Source of the DNA: Caulobacteraceae bacterium
GTDB lineage: Bacteria > Pseudomonadota > Alphaproteobacteria > Caulobacterales > Caulobacteraceae
Length of the DNA stretch: 64,000 nt
Assembly: GCA_965284635.1 (NCBI GenBank)
Contig: OZ260097.1
Span: 2,566,374-2,630,373 of the forward strand
Reading direction: 5' to 3'
The notes under the pieces: generated by a model
Told to the model about the DNA's origin: nothing
What the model saw: the letters and a program-made list of their open reading frames with translations, nothing else
Database searches by the model: none
Shown: positions 39,891-50,132 of the stretch, one piece after another
How positions within the stretch are numbered: the first letter of the stretch is position 1
How the letters are laid out: every line of letters begins with the position of its first letter
Translations under genes and position numbers: made by a program

Positions 39891-41339
39891 ATGTCCCGGG
39901 ATAAAGCCGACCTGCTCGAGGAGAATAACCTCTCGATCCCTGCAGGCCCTCTGAACACCGCCCCGCCCGAGGATCTTGAGGATCTCGCGCTCGGCGACGA
40001 CTACGCCCTCAATCCCGCCTACGTCGACATGGTCATCGACGCCGCCGACCGCGGCGACGCCGAGCGGCTGCGCGAACTGGTCGGGGCGCTCCGCTCCGAG
40101 GACGTGGCCGACCTGATGGGCTTCCTCAACGCGGACTACCGCGAGGAGATCATCCCCTGTCTCGATTCCGAGACCCTCGCCGAGGTGCTGTCCGAGCTGG
40201 ACGACAACCTGCGCGAGGAGGTGCTCGAGACCGTCCACCCGACGGCGCTGGCGCGGGCCCTCGAGGAACTCGATTCGGACGACGCCGCCGACGTCATCGA
40301 CGACCTGGAGGGCGAGAAGCGCGCCCAGGTGCTGGCGGCGATGGACGCGGACGACCGGGCGGCGATCGAGAGCAGCCTTGCCTACGCCGACGAGACGGCC
40401 GGCCGCCTTATGCAGCGCGAGGTGCTGGCCGCGCCGCAGTTCTGGACCGTCGGCCAGACCATCGACCACGTCCGCCAGGCCGGCGACGAGCTGCCCGAGC
40501 TGTTCTTCGACATCTACATCGTCGATCCGGCCTACCGACCGATCGGCGCGGCGCCGATCAGCCAGCTGCTGCGGGCGAAGCGCGAGACCACCCTGGCCGA
40601 GATCATGGAGCCGGTGACCGAGATCACCGTCGACATGGACCAGGAAGAGGTCGCCTACATCTTCGACAAGTACCACCTGATCAGCGCCCCGGTGATCGAC
40701 TCCGGCGGACGGCTGGTCGGCCAGATCACCGTCGACGACATCGTCGAGGTCATCCAGGAGGAGTCCGAGGAGGACATCCTGGCCCTGGCCGGCGTGTCCG
40801 ACGCCGGCCGCGACGCCGGCGTCTGGGACGTGGCCCGCTCGCGGCTGCCCTGGCTGGTGGTCAACACCCTGACCGCGGCGGCGGCCGCCAGCGTCATCGG
40901 CGACGTCCAGGCCGAGATCGGCAAGCTGGTCACCCTGGCCATCCTGATGCCGGTGGTCGCCTCGCTCGGCGGTAACGCCGGCACCCAGACTCTGGCCGTG
41001 GCCGTGCGCGCCCTGGCCAGCCGCGAGCTGAACGCCTCCAACGCCGTGCGCATCATCCTGCGGGAGATGACCGTGGGTCTGGTCAACGGCGGGGTGCTGG
41101 CCGCGATCATGGGGGCGGCGACCTGGGTGTTCTTCCGCAGCCCCATGCTTTGCCTGACCATCGCCCTGGCGCTGGTGATCAATCTGTTCGTGGCGTCGCT
41201 GGCCGGGATCCTCGTGCCGCTGGCGCTGGACAAGCTGGAACGCGATCCGGCGGTCTCCTCGTCGGTGTTCGTCACCTTCGTGACCGATTTCACAGGCTTC
41301 CTGTCCTTCCTGGGCCTGGCGGCGCTGATCCTCCTCTAG
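39891..41339 (+). CDS. mgtE: Magnesium transporter MgtE
   Basis: Acidic N-domain, CBS pair (ETAGRLMQRE, GQITVDDIV), GGNAGTQT, DPAVSSSVFVT. Confidence 0.96.
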   Translation: MSRDKADLLEENNLSIPAGPLNTAPPEDLEDLALGDDYALNPAYVDMVIDAADRGDAERLRELVGALRSEDVADLMGFLNADYREEIIPCLDSETLAEVLSELDDNLREEVLETVHPTALARALEELDSDDAADVIDDLEGEKRAQVLAAMDADDRAAIESSLAYADETAGRLMQREVLAAPQFWTVGQTIDHVRQAGDELPELFFDIYIVDPAYRPIGAAPISQLLRAKRETTLAEIMEPVTEITVDMDQEEVAYIFDKYHLISAPVIDSGGRLVGQITVDDIVEVIQEESEEDILALAGVSDAGRDAGVWDVARSRLPWLVVNTLTAAAAASVIGDVQAEIGKLVTLAILMPVVASLGGNAGTQTLAVAVRALASRELNASNAVRIILREMTVGLVNGGVLAAIMGAATWVFFRSPMLCLTIALALVINLFVASLAGILVPLALDKLERDPAVSSSVFVTFVTDFTGFLSFLGLAALILL

Positions 41340-41370
41340 ATTTACGTTTCCGCTTCGCCCGCCACTCCCG

Positions 41371-41385
41371 TTCAGGGGGAGTTCA
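41371..41385. promoter_or_regulatory. Degenerate CtrA-like box upstream of spmX
   Basis: TTCA-N7-TTCA (two mismatches); spmX is CtrA-regulated in Caulobacter crescentus. Confidence 0.35.
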
Positions 41386-41462
41386 GGCGGCGTCCGGCAT
41401 CCCTTTTGCGGGAGTGGACTGGAACGCAGCCGCGTCTGTCCCATTTCGGATCAAGAAGGCCG

Positions 41463-42908
41463 ATGAAACCCCGCCACCAGGTCTCCCGCGCCGCCATCGA
41501 ACTGATCAAGACGTTCGAGGGTTATCGCCAACGCGCCGCCCAGCTTCCCGACGGACGCTGGACGATCGGCTATGGCCACACCCTGACCGCCCGCCAGGGC
41601 GCCGAGGTGTCCGAGTCGGACGCCGAAGCCCTGCTGATGTACGACCTCATCGCCGTGGCCCACGCGGTCAACGAGCACAGCTACACGCCGCTGACCCAGA
41701 ACCAGTTCGATTCGCTGTGCTGCTTCGCCTTCAACATCGGGGTCGACAACTTCCGCCGCTCGTCGGTGCTGCGCCGGGTCAATGAAGGCCAGATGCTGCA
41801 GGCCGCCTGCGCCATGGAGATGTGGCGCAAGGCCGACTTCGAGGGCGAGCGGATCGTCATCGACGCCCTGGTCCGCCGCCGCGCGGCCGAGAAGACCCTG
41901 TTCCTGACGCCGTCCAACGGCTGGATCCCGGCCCCGTCGCCGGTGCTGGCCCCCAAGGTCGACTACGACGCGGTCAACGCCGTGCCGCGCCAGGCCCCGA
42001 CGGCCGTCAAGGCTTCGCTGACCGGCGAACGCACCAGTGTGACCCGCGACGAGACGCCCCGGCCGACGCCCGAGCCGCGGCCGGAAGCGCCGCTGGCCAG
42101 CGAGATCGCCGCCGCCGGCGTCGGCGCCCGGCTGGAGCTGCTGCTGCCCGAAACGGAAGCGGCTCCGCCGGAGCCGGTCCCGGAGCCCGCGCCGACCCTG
42201 ACCGTCGTCGAACTGGCCCCCGAGCCCGAGCCCACGCCTACGCCGGAACCGGAGCCTGAACCGGCTGTCGAGACGGCGGCCGAGGTCTCCCCGGCGCCGG
42301 AACCCGAGCCGTTCCCGGCCTGGCCGACGCAGGACAGCTATCCGCAGCCCGAGCCGATCGTGCTCGGCGCCAACGCGGCCTATGCCGCGCCGGACCACGC
42401 GTTCATGCTGACGCCGGCTCCGGAGATGACCATCGACCGCGCGCCGGACGACGCCCTGCGCGCCGACCTGCCGGAGCCGGCCGCCGCGTCGGGTCCGGGC
42501 CTGTTCGACGTCGCGCCCTCGACCTTCCTGCTCGAAGGCGCGCCGAGCCGGCCGCTGGTCAACGAGGACTATGTCCGCCGCCTGGTCCGTGAGGACGAGA
42601 TGGCCGAGCTGGGCTTCGATCCGGCCTTCGCCGACGCGGATCTGGAGCCGGTGCGCATCAACGGCCTGCCGCTGCTGGCCACCGCGGTGGGCGGCCTGGC
42701 CCTGATGGCCGGCGGCATCGCCGTGGGCTTCTCCGCCGGTGGCGGCGACGGCCTGCTCAACGTCAGCAACCTGGGCTGGCTGGTGGCCGTGGCGGGCATC
42801 GGTCTGACCGGCGTCTCGGTCGCCGTCGCCCTGAACAAATTCCTCGGCGCCGCGCCGGACGACGAGGATGAGGAAGTAACCGAGGCGGAGTCGGAGCCTC
42901 GGGCGTAA
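41463..42908 (+). CDS. spmX: Polar development scaffold SpmX (lysozyme-like domain, Pro/Glu-rich linker, two TM helices)
   Basis: MKPRHQVSRAAIELIKTFEGY...WTIGYGHT...QNQFD...MEMWRKADFEGERIVIDALVRRR; proline-rich middle; two C-terminal hydrophobic segments; adjacent to ivd. Confidence 0.92.
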   Translation: MKPRHQVSRAAIELIKTFEGYRQRAAQLPDGRWTIGYGHTLTARQGAEVSESDAEALLMYDLIAVAHAVNEHSYTPLTQNQFDSLCCFAFNIGVDNFRRSSVLRRVNEGQMLQAACAMEMWRKADFEGERIVIDALVRRRAAEKTLFLTPSNGWIPAPSPVLAPKVDYDAVNAVPRQAPTAVKASLTGERTSVTRDETPRPTPEPRPEAPLASEIAAAGVGARLELLLPETEAAPPEPVPEPAPTLTVVELAPEPEPTPTPEPEPEPAVETAAEVSPAPEPEPFPAWPTQDSYPQPEPIVLGANAAYAAPDHAFMLTPAPEMTIDRAPDDALRADLPEPAAASGPGLFDVAPSTFLLEGAPSRPLVNEDYVRRLVREDEMAELGFDPAFADADLEPVRINGLPLLATAVGGLALMAGGIAVGFSAGGGDGLLNVSNLGWLVAVAGIGLTGVSVAVALNKFLGAAPDDEDEEVTEAESEPRA

Positions 42909-42993
42909 CCCGCGTAGCGTATGGGAACCCGCGTACAGTAAGGGGATAGCGTTGGCGCCTCGCGAGCTTGCTCGCGGGGCGTCGTGCGTTTTG

Positions 42994-43116
42994 GTGCGTG
43001 GTTCGAGACGCTCGGCTGGTGCCTCGCTCCTCACCATGACGAACAGAAGTGCAGTCCAACTCTTCCCGTCATCCTGAGGAGCGATCCCTCAGGATCGCGT
43101 CTCGAAGGACGCACGC
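42994..43116 (+). repeat. Repeat family A, copy 3
   Basis: GTGCGTGGTTCGAGACG...CTCCTCACCATGACGAACAG...GTCATCCTGAGGAG...CGTCTCGAAGGACGCAC; spacer similar to copy 1. Confidence 0.9.
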
Positions 43117-43178
43117 TCTTTCCGCGGCATGCTCCTTCCCGACGTGGCGCCCCGGCGTCATCGTGCTATTTCCCGGCC

Positions 43179-44342
43179 ATGACCCAAACCGGACCCGCCA
43201 TGGATTTCGGCCTCGGCGAAACCGCCGACGCCATCCGCGAAACCACCGCGCGCTTCGCCGCCGACCGCATCGCGCCGATCGCCGCCGCCATCGACCGCGA
43301 CAACGCCTTTCCCCGCGAGCTCTGGCCGCAGATGGGCGAGCTCGGCCTGCACGGCATCACCGTCGAGGAGGAGTTCGGCGGCCTCGGCCTCGGCTACCTC
43401 GAACATGTCGTGGCCATGGAGGAGATCTCCCGCGCCTCGGCCTCGGTCGGCCTCAGCTACGGCGCCCACTCCAACCTCTGCGTCAACCAGATCCGCCGCT
43501 GGGCCACGCCCGAGCAGAAGCTGCGCTATCTGCCCAAGCTTATCAGCGGCGAGCACGTCGGCGCCCTGGCCATGAGCGAGGCCGGCTCGGGCTCGGACGT
43601 GGTCTCGATGAAGCTGCGCGCCGACCGCAGGGGCGACCGCTTCGTGCTCAACGGCACGAAGTTCTGGATCACCAACGCGCCGCACGCCGACACCCTGGTG
43701 GTCTACGCCAAGTCGGCGCCGGAGGAGGGCAGCCGCGGCATCACCGCCTTCCTGATCGAGAAGGGCATGAAGGGCTTCAGCGTCTCAAAGAAGCTCGACA
43801 AGATGGGCATGCGCGGCAGCGATACGGCCGAGCTGGTGTTCGAGGACTGCGAAGTCCCGGAAGAGAACATCATGGGCCCGTTCAACGGCGGCGTCGGGGT
43901 GCTGATGAGCGGCCTGGACTATGAGCGCGCCGTGCTGGCCGCCGGCCCGCTGGGCATCATGCAGGCCTGCCTAGACGTGGTCCTGCCCTACGTCCGCGAC
44001 CGCAAGCAGTTCGGCAAGGCGATCGGCAGCTTCCAGCTGATGCAGGGCAAGGTCGCCGACATGTATGTCGCGCTCAATTCGGCCCGCGCCTACGTCTACC
44101 AGGTCGCCAGAGCCTGCGACGCCGGCAAGACCACCCGCTTCGATGCCGCCGGCGCGATCCTGATGGCCAGCGAGAACGCGGTGAAGGTCGCCAACGAGGC
44201 CGTCCAGGCCCTCGGCGGCGCTGGTTACACCCGCGAATGGCCGGTCGAGCGCTTCGTCCGCGACGCCAAGCTGCTCGATATCGGCGCCGGCACCAACGAG
44301 ATCCGCCGGTTCCTCATCGGCCGGGAGCTGGTCGGGGGGTGA
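43179..44342 (+). CDS. ivd: Isovaleryl-CoA dehydrogenase
   Basis: [50 protein letters not shown]-like [11 protein letters not shown]; leucine-catabolism context. Confidence 0.93.
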   Translation: MTQTGPAMDFGLGETADAIRETTARFAADRIAPIAAAIDRDNAFPRELWPQMGELGLHGITVEEEFGGLGLGYLEHVVAMEEISRASASVGLSYGAHSNLCVNQIRRWATPEQKLRYLPKLISGEHVGALAMSEAGSGSDVVSMKLRADRRGDRFVLNGTKFWITNAPHADTLVVYAKSAPEEGSRGITAFLIEKGMKGFSVSKKLDKMGMRGSDTAELVFEDCEVPEENIMGPFNGGVGVLMSGLDYERAVLAAGPLGIMQACLDVVLPYVRDRKQFGKAIGSFQLMQGKVADMYVALNSARAYVYQVARACDAGKTTRFDAAGAILMASENAVKVANEAVQALGGAGYTREWPVERFVRDAKLLDIGAGTNEIRRFLIGRELVGG

Positions 44343-44752
44343 GGACGCTCGCGGTCCTCATCGCCGCCCTGGCGCTGACGGGCTGCGTCAGCGTCGATGT
44401 GGACGCGTCCCTGACCTGCCGGGGCGGCCTCAATCCCGCGACCACGGCCGAACTGGTCTTCGGCCGCAACATCGGCGACGCGCCGGGCGTCACCGACGCG
44501 GACTGGAAGGCCTTCCTGGATCAGGAGGTCACGCCGCGCTTTCCGGACGGCCTGACCGTGTCCGACGCCGCCGGACAATGGCGTGGTTCGGGCGAGGGGA
44601 TCACCCGCGAAGCCTCCAAGGTGCTGCTGCTGGTGCTGACCGGCGCGCCCGGCGAGGCGGAAAAGGTCGAGGCCATCCGCTCTGCCTACCGGACCCGTTT
44701 CCGGCAGGACTCGGTCCTGCTGATCGAACGCCCGGCCTGCGTGGGGTTCTAG
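44339..44752 (+). CDS. DUF3574 family lipoprotein
   Basis: LTGC lipobox; [37 protein letters not shown]. Confidence 0.85.
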   Translation: MRTLAVLIAALALTGCVSVDVDASLTCRGGLNPATTAELVFGRNIGDAPGVTDADWKAFLDQEVTPRFPDGLTVSDAAGQWRGSGEGITREASKVLLLVLTGAPGEAEKVEAIRSAYRTRFRQDSVLLIERPACVGF

Positions 44753-44758
44753 ACATGC

Positions 44759-44790
44759 GAACGGCCGCCGGGGCGCCCCGGCGGCCGTTC
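44759..44790. other. Perfect 32-bp palindrome between convergent units (possible terminator)
   Basis: GAACGGCCGCCGGGGC|GCCCCGGCGGCCGTTC; no U tract. Confidence 0.7.
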
Positions 44791-44832
44791 CATCGTTGTG
44801 CCGCGGTTACGGCGAAACGCATTAGGCGCTGA

Positions 44833-44904
44833 TCAGGCGCTGACCTCCGCCGAGACGGATTTCAGGGTCACGCACTGCGACCGCGGGTTCCTACGATGAG
44901 ACAC
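44833..44904 (-). CDS. Candidate 23-aa small protein
   Basis: AAAGGAGGTGA Shine-Dalgarno followed by GTG; MSHRRNPRSQCVTLKSVSAEVSA. Confidence 0.5.
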   Translation of the reverse strand: MSHRRNPRSQCVTLKSVSAEVSA

Positions 44905-44999
44905 CAGGTCACCTCCTTTCAGCTGTTGAACAGGACCTCCACTATGAAACCCGGAATCAGGCGTCGCCAAGCCCCCGCACGCGGGACGCGACAAATTGC

Positions 45000-45467
45000 C
45001 TAGCCCTTGATCTTCTGCGGCGCGCCCTGGCAGACGTCGCCGAGCCGTTTGGCGCTGGTGCTGGCGGTGGCCGACAGCGGCACGCCGGCGACCTTGCCCG
45101 ACAGGTTGGCGGTCAGGGTGAAGGCGGTCGGCGAATAGGTCCCGGTCGCGGTCACCTTGACGGTGCGCCCGCGTTTGTCGACGCAGGTGCCCTTGAAATA
45201 CATCTTGCCGTCGGCGACCCGCTTTTCCGGATAGGTGCAGGTGTAGTGGCGGTTGATCCGGCCAGACAGCACCTTGTCGACGTCGGCCGGCGTGATGCAG
45301 CGGCGCTCGACCTCGGTGTTGCTGATGATCAGGTTGAGGGTGTTGGTGCTCTCCCACCAGCCGGGCTGGATGGCGCCGGCGCCGGGGCCGGCGCCGTCGC
45401 GGGCCATGGCGGGCGCGGCGGCCAGGCCGATCAGGCCGATCAGGGCGAATATGCGGGTCGTCTTCAT
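45000..45467 (-). CDS. DUF3617-like secreted protein
   Basis: Signal peptide; IQPGWWE...RRCITP...TC...TC...AKRLGDVC Cys pattern. Confidence 0.8.
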   Translation of the reverse strand: MKTTRIFALIGLIGLAAAPAMARDGAGPGAGAIQPGWWESTNTLNLIISNTEVERRCITPADVDKVLSGRINRHYTCTYPEKRVADGKMYFKGTCVDKRGRTVKVTATGTYSPTAFTLTANLSGKVAGVPLSATASTSAKRLGDVCQGAPQKIKG

Positions 45468-45554
45468 GGGTCCAGTCTCGAAGCGGGGCGTGGCGACTTT
45501 CTGACCTAACCCGAATGAACGGGCGATGACCACCGCGTGCAACCGGTGTAGGGC

Positions 45555-46337
45555 ATGATCATGCCGAGTTGGGATCCCGACCTCTACGAGCGCTACAAGG
45601 CGTACCGCGATCGCCCGGCGCTCGACCTGATGGTCCAGATTCCGGACCGCCGCTACCGCGAGATCTGGGATCTCGGTTGCGGGACCGGCGAGCACGCGGC
45701 CCTGCTGGCCCTGCGCCATCCGATGGCTAATGTGCATGGCCTCGACTCCAGCCCCGACATGCTGCGTCAGGCGAAGAACCGCCAGAGCGACGTGACCTGG
45801 GTGCTGTCGGGCATCGAGGATTTCGCGCCGGCCGTGGCGCCGGACCTGATCTTCACAAACGCCGCCCTGCAGTGGCTGCCGGACCATGAAGCGCTGCTTC
45901 CGCGTCTCGTGGGCCAACTGGCGCCGGGCGGCGTGTTCGCCTGTCAGATGCCGATGGCCTTCGAGACCGACCACCACCGCATCCTGCGCGACACGGCGGA
46001 GCAGGGGCCCTGGGCGGCCCTGACCCAGGGCGCCCGCCGCATCAACCCGACCCCGCCGCTGGATCGCTACTACGACTGGCTGTCGACGCTCTGCGGCGAG
46101 GTGGATCTCTGGACCACCACCTATCTGCACGCCCTGGAGGGCGACGATCCGGTGGTCGACTGGATGCGCGGCACGGCGCTGCGGCCCTATCTCGACGCCC
46201 TGGCCGGCGATGACGCGCTGCTGGAAGCCTTCCTGGGCGCCTTCCGCGCCCGCATTGCCGAGGCCTTCCCGCCGCGCGCCGACGGGGTCACCCTGTTCCC
46301 GTTCCCCCGCCTGTTCATGGTCGCGGTGCGCCGCTAG
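45555..46337 (+). CDS. tam: Trans-aconitate 2-methyltransferase-like SAM-dependent methyltransferase
   Basis: WDPDLY...RDRPALDL, DLGCGTG, DLIFTNAALQWLPDH, GTALRPYL, FPRLFMVA. Confidence 0.88.
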   Translation: MIMPSWDPDLYERYKAYRDRPALDLMVQIPDRRYREIWDLGCGTGEHAALLALRHPMANVHGLDSSPDMLRQAKNRQSDVTWVLSGIEDFAPAVAPDLIFTNAALQWLPDHEALLPRLVGQLAPGGVFACQMPMAFETDHHRILRDTAEQGPWAALTQGARRINPTPPLDRYYDWLSTLCGEVDLWTTTYLHALEGDDPVVDWMRGTALRPYLDALAGDDALLEAFLGAFRARIAEAFPPRADGVTLFPFPRLFMVAVRR

Positions 46338-46347
46338 TGTCCAGAAG

Positions 46348-46508
46348 CCTCCCCGCGAAGCCGGGGAGGTGGACCGCCGAAGGCGGTGGAGGGGGCTGCG
46401 CGGGCTGGGCAAGACGATCCCGAACGCCGGTGTTCGCGGGCGACCACATCCACCGGTTCTGCCCCCTCAGTCACGCTCCGCGTGACAGCTCCCCGGCAAG
46501 CGGGGAGC
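46348..46508 (+). repeat. Repeat family C, copy 3
   Basis: CCTCCCCGCGAAGCCGGGGAGGTGG...GGAGGGGG / CCCCCTCAGTCACGCTCCGCGTGACAGCTCCCC...GGGGAG between convergent genes. Confidence 0.85.
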
Positions 46509-46517
46509 AAGCGCCGC

Positions 46518-48302
46518 TCACCCCTTGCCGCGCGCCTTGCGCATCTCGGTGACGGGCCGGTCCAGCTTGTCGAGGGCGGCGATGGCGGCGCGATAGCCGG
46601 CGTCGACGCCGGGCTCGTAGGCCTTCCAGTCGCGGATATCGATGCCGTCGGCCTGGGGCATGATCAGCAGGTCGGTGGCCTCGCGGGCCGCCAGCAGGTC
46701 GCGCCCGGTCGAGACCGTCGCCGCCCGCATCAGCAGGGCGACGATCGGCGGGCCCTTGCGCCAGTCGCCCGAGAAGATCCAGCGCCAGACGGAGGACGGG
46801 CGGGCCACGTCGTCGGCGGTGATGCTGCGGCCGCGGGTGACGTCGACGCCGACGATCGGGCCCAGCTGCATCGACCGCATCACGTCGGACGGGAAGTTCT
46901 TCATCACCGCGCCGTCGACCAGCACGTTGTTGTTGTCGATCGCCGGCGGCATGATTCCAGGCAGGGCGATCGACGCCCGCAGCGCATGCCGCAGCGTGCC
47001 GCGCTTGTGCAGGTGATAGGCGCCGGTGGTCAGGTTCGACGAGACGCAGAAGAACGGCAGCCACAGGTCGGCGATCTGGGTGTCATCGAAATGCACCCGC
47101 AGCCGCTCGCGCACCTTCTCGCCATGGGTCATGGCGATCAGCGGGAAGGCGATGTCGTCCAGCGGGCTGGAGTCGACGAAGGCGTCCTTGATACGGACGT
47201 CCATCTCCGCCTCGTCCCAGCCCATGGCCACGCCGGCCGCGACGATGGCCCCCATCGAGGCCCCGCCGACGAAATCGATCGGCACGCCGCGCTCGCGCAG
47301 GGCCTGGATCGCGCCGATGTGGGCATAGGCCCGCGCCCCGCCGCCCGACAGCACCAGTCCGACAGAGCGGCCCGTCAGCACCCGCGCCATGCGCGCGGCG
47401 TCGGCCGCGCTGCCGTCGCGCATATGGAACAGCCGCGCCGCGCCGGTCACATCCAGCCAGGCCTCGGACCCGGACGGCTGCCGCGCATCGGCCTTCTGCA
47501 CCAGGATCAGGTCGACCAGCTGCTGCTGCTGCAGGGTCTCGGAGGCGTAGCCGGCGACATTGGCCGGCGGGGCCTTGTCGCCGCGGCCGACGCGGAACAG
47601 CCGGTCGACCTGGCGGCCGACAATCGACTTCCAGGCCGTTTCCGTATGTTCGGCGGCGTACAGCACATAGTCGTGGTCGGCCTCGACATTGGAAAACCAC
47701 TCGGTCGGGGCCTGGGTCGACTCGACGCCGGCCACCGTCACCGACTGGCCCATGCGGGCGATTTCCAGCGCGATCCGGTCGACCAGCGGGCGGATCTTGC
47801 GGCCGGCGTCGGCGGCGACGAAGCCGAACACGGTCGGCTCGCCGATCGAGGCGTGGGTCGCGGCCTGGCGCGTGCGCAGGATCATCAGCCGCGCCAGTTC
47901 GGTCATCACCGCCGGGTCGCGGTCGGCGGCGTCGAAGAAGTCCTCGCGCGAAAGGGCCAGGATTTCCGAGTCGCGCAGCGCCACGACCTGGGCCGAGTGC
48001 GGCGTGCCGGCGATGAGGGCCATTTCCCCGGCCGGTTCGCCCGGCCGGATCACGCCGAGAAAATGCCGCTCCTGGCCTTCCTCGCGACGGAACGCGCCCA
48101 GCCGCCCGGCCCGCACGAAATAGAGTTCCCGCGACGGTTCGCCGGGGCCGTAGAGCATCTCGCCGCCGGGCAGCGAGAACCAGCGGGCGTCCCCCGTCTG
48201 GCGCGCCTCATCGAAGAGTCGCTCCAGCGCTGTCTCATGCAGAAGATCGACGAGGCTGCCCACGGCGGGACGGTAGCAAGCGATGTGAGTCGTGGCGTTC
48301 AC
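46518..48302 (-). CDS. cNMP-binding domain patatin-like phospholipase (NTE type)
   Basis: GEMALIAGTPHSAQVVALRD (cNMP), LSGGGARA, GASMG, DGA; start uncertain. Confidence 0.9.
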   Translation of the reverse strand: MNATTHIACYRPAVGSLVDLLHETALERLFDEARQTGDARWFSLPGGEMLYGPGEPSRELYFVRAGRLGAFRREEGQERHFLGVIRPGEPAGEMALIAGTPHSAQVVALRDSEILALSREDFFDAADRDPAVMTELARLMILRTRQAATHASIGEPTVFGFVAADAGRKIRPLVDRIALEIARMGQSVTVAGVESTQAPTEWFSNVEADHDYVLYAAEHTETAWKSIVGRQVDRLFRVGRGDKAPPANVAGYASETLQQQQLVDLILVQKADARQPSGSEAWLDVTGAARLFHMRDGSAADAARMARVLTGRSVGLVLSGGGARAYAHIGAIQALRERGVPIDFVGGASMGAIVAAGVAMGWDEAEMDVRIKDAFVDSSPLDDIAFPLIAMTHGEKVRERLRVHFDDTQIADLWLPFFCVSSNLTTGAYHLHKRGTLRHALRASIALPGIMPPAIDNNNVLVDGAVMKNFPSDVMRSMQLGPIVGVDVTRGRSITADDVARPSSVWRWIFSGDWRKGPPIVALLMRAATVSTGRDLLAAREATDLLIMPQADGIDIRDWKAYEPGVDAGYRAAIAALDKLDRPVTEMRKARGKG

Positions 48303-48382
48303 AAAACGCTGTCATCCTTGCAGGCGTCGCGAGGCCCGATGAACACCGCTGCGGCCGGGCGTGCGCCGCCGCCGCCGCTATT

Positions 48383-48479
48383 GTGCGTCCTTCGACACGC
48401 GGCCTTCGGCCGCTGCTCGGGATGACGTGATTTCTGTACGTCATGGTAAGCAGCGCCAAGCGGGTGTCGAACCACGCAC
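48383..48479 (-). repeat. Repeat family A, copy 4 (inverted, shorter)
   Basis: GTGCGTCCTTCGACACG...GGATGAC / GTCATGGT...GTGTCGAACCACGCAC. Confidence 0.85.
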
Positions 48480-48524
48480 CCCGCCGATGGTGACGCGGCG
48501 ACAGCTTCCGGCTATGCCTCGGTC

Positions 48525-50132
48525 ATGCCCAGGTTGACCTCGGATCTCGATCCCAACACCGACGCCTTTCGCAACAATGTCGCGGTCAACGCCGCGCTGG
48601 CGGCGCAGCTGCGCGAGCGGGCGGCGACGGCCGCGCTCGGCGGCGCCGAGTCGTCCCGCCAGCGCCACTCCAGTCGCGGCAAGCTGCTGCCGCGCGAGCG
48701 GGTCGAGCGGCTGCTCGATCCCGGCTCGCCGTTCCTCGAGATCGGCCAGCTGGCCGCCTTCGACCTGTACGACGGCGAGATCCCGGCGGCGGGCATCATC
48801 ACCGGCATCGGCCGCGTCTCGGGCCGCGAGGTGATGATCGTCGCCAACGACGCCACGGTGAAGGGCGGCACCTACTACCCGATGACGGTCAAGAAGCACC
48901 TGCGGGCGCAGGAGATCGCGCTGCAGAACCGGCTGCCCTGCGTCTATCTGGTCGACAGCGGCGGGGCCAACCTGCCGCACCAGGACGAGGTCTTCCCCGA
49001 CCGCGACCACTTCGGCCGCATCTTCTACAACCAGGCCCGGATGAGCGCGGCGGGCATCGCCCAGATCGCCTGCGTCATGGGCAGCTGCACCGCCGGCGGG
49101 GCCTATGTCCCGGCCATGAGCGACGAGACGGTCATCGTCCGCGGCGCGGGCGAGGAAAGCCAGGGCACCATCTTCCTTGCCGGCCCGCCGCTGGTGAAGG
49201 CCGCCACGGGCGAGGTCATCTCGGCCACCGACCTCGGCGGCGCCGACGTCCACGGCCGCCGCAGCGGCGTGGTCGACCACGTCGCGGCCAACGACGAGCA
49301 CGCGCTGGAGATCGTCCGCTCGATCATCGGCAACCTCAACACCGTCAAGCGCGTCGACATGGACGTGCGCGAGCCGAAGGCGCCGAAGTTCGACCCTGCC
49401 GAGCTCTATGGCGTGGTCCCGGCCGACGTCCGAGCGCCCTACGACGTGCACGAGGTCATCGCCCGCATCGTCGACGGCAGCGAGTTCGACGAGTTCAAAC
49501 CGCTGTACGGCACGACCCTGGTCACCGGCTTCGCGCGCATCTGGGGCTACCCGGTGGCTATCCTGGCCAACAACGGCGTGCTGTTCAGCGAGGCGGCGCT
49601 GAAGGCGGCCCACTTCATCGAGCTGGCCTGCAAGCGCAAGATCCCGCTGGTCTTCCTGCAGAACATCTCCGGCTTCATGGTCGGCGGGAAATACGAGGCC
49701 GGCGGCATCGCCAAGGACGGGGCCAAGATGGTCACCGCCGTCGCCAGCGCCAACGTACCCAAGTTCACCGTCCTGATCGGCGGCAGCTTCGGTGCCGGCA
49801 ACTACGGCATGTGCGGCCGGGCCTACAGCCCGCGCTTCCTGTTCACCTGGCCCAACAGCCGCATCAGCGTGATGGGCGGCGAGCAGGCCGCCAGCGTGCT
49901 GGCCACGGTCCACCGCAACGCCGACAAGTGGACGAAGGAAGAGGAGGAGGCCTTCAAGGCCCCTGTGCGCCAGAAGTACGAGGACGAGGGCAACCCGTAC
50001 CACGCCACCTCGCGGATGTGGGACGACGGCATCATCGACCCGGCCCAGACCCGCGACGTGCTGGGCCTGGCTATCTCGGCCAGCCTCAACGCGCCGATCG
50101 AGGACACCACGTTCGGCGTGTTCAGGATGTAG
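48525..50132 (+). CDS. 3-methylcrotonyl-CoA carboxylase beta subunit
   Basis: [19 protein letters not shown]...[44 protein letters not shown]. Confidence 0.94.
   Translation: MPRLTSDLDPNTDAFRNNVAVNAALAAQLRERAATAALGGAESSRQRHSSRGKLLPRERVERLLDPGSPFLEIGQLAAFDLYDGEIPAAGIITGIGRVSGREVMIVANDATVKGGTYYPMTVKKHLRAQEIALQNRLPCVYLVDSGGANLPHQDEVFPDRDHFGRIFYNQARMSAAGIAQIACVMGSCTAGGAYVPAMSDETVIVRGAGEESQGTIFLAGPPLVKAATGEVISATDLGGADVHGRRSGVVDHVAANDEHALEIVRSIIGNLNTVKRVDMDVREPKAPKFDPAELYGVVPADVRAPYDVHEVIARIVDGSEFDEFKPLYGTTLVTGFARIWGYPVAILANNGVLFSEAALKAAHFIELACKRKIPLVFLQNISGFMVGGKYEAGGIAKDGAKMVTAVASANVPKFTVLIGGSFGAGNYGMCGRAYSPRFLFTWPNSRISVMGGEQAASVLATVHRNADKWTKEEEEAFKAPVRQKYEDEGNPYHATSRMWDDGIIDPAQTRDVLGLAISASLNAPIEDTTFGVFRM

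Noticed and set aside
41463-41940. Phage lysozyme / prophage remnant
   Set aside because: The domain is the SpmX muramidase-like domain, fused to a proline-rich linker and TMs, and no phage genes are nearby.
46518-48302. Patatin as a CBASS (CapV-like) effector
   Set aside because: No CD-NTase or other defence genes are adjacent, and the cNMP-patatin architecture with core-like codon usage fits a housekeeping NTE-type enzyme.
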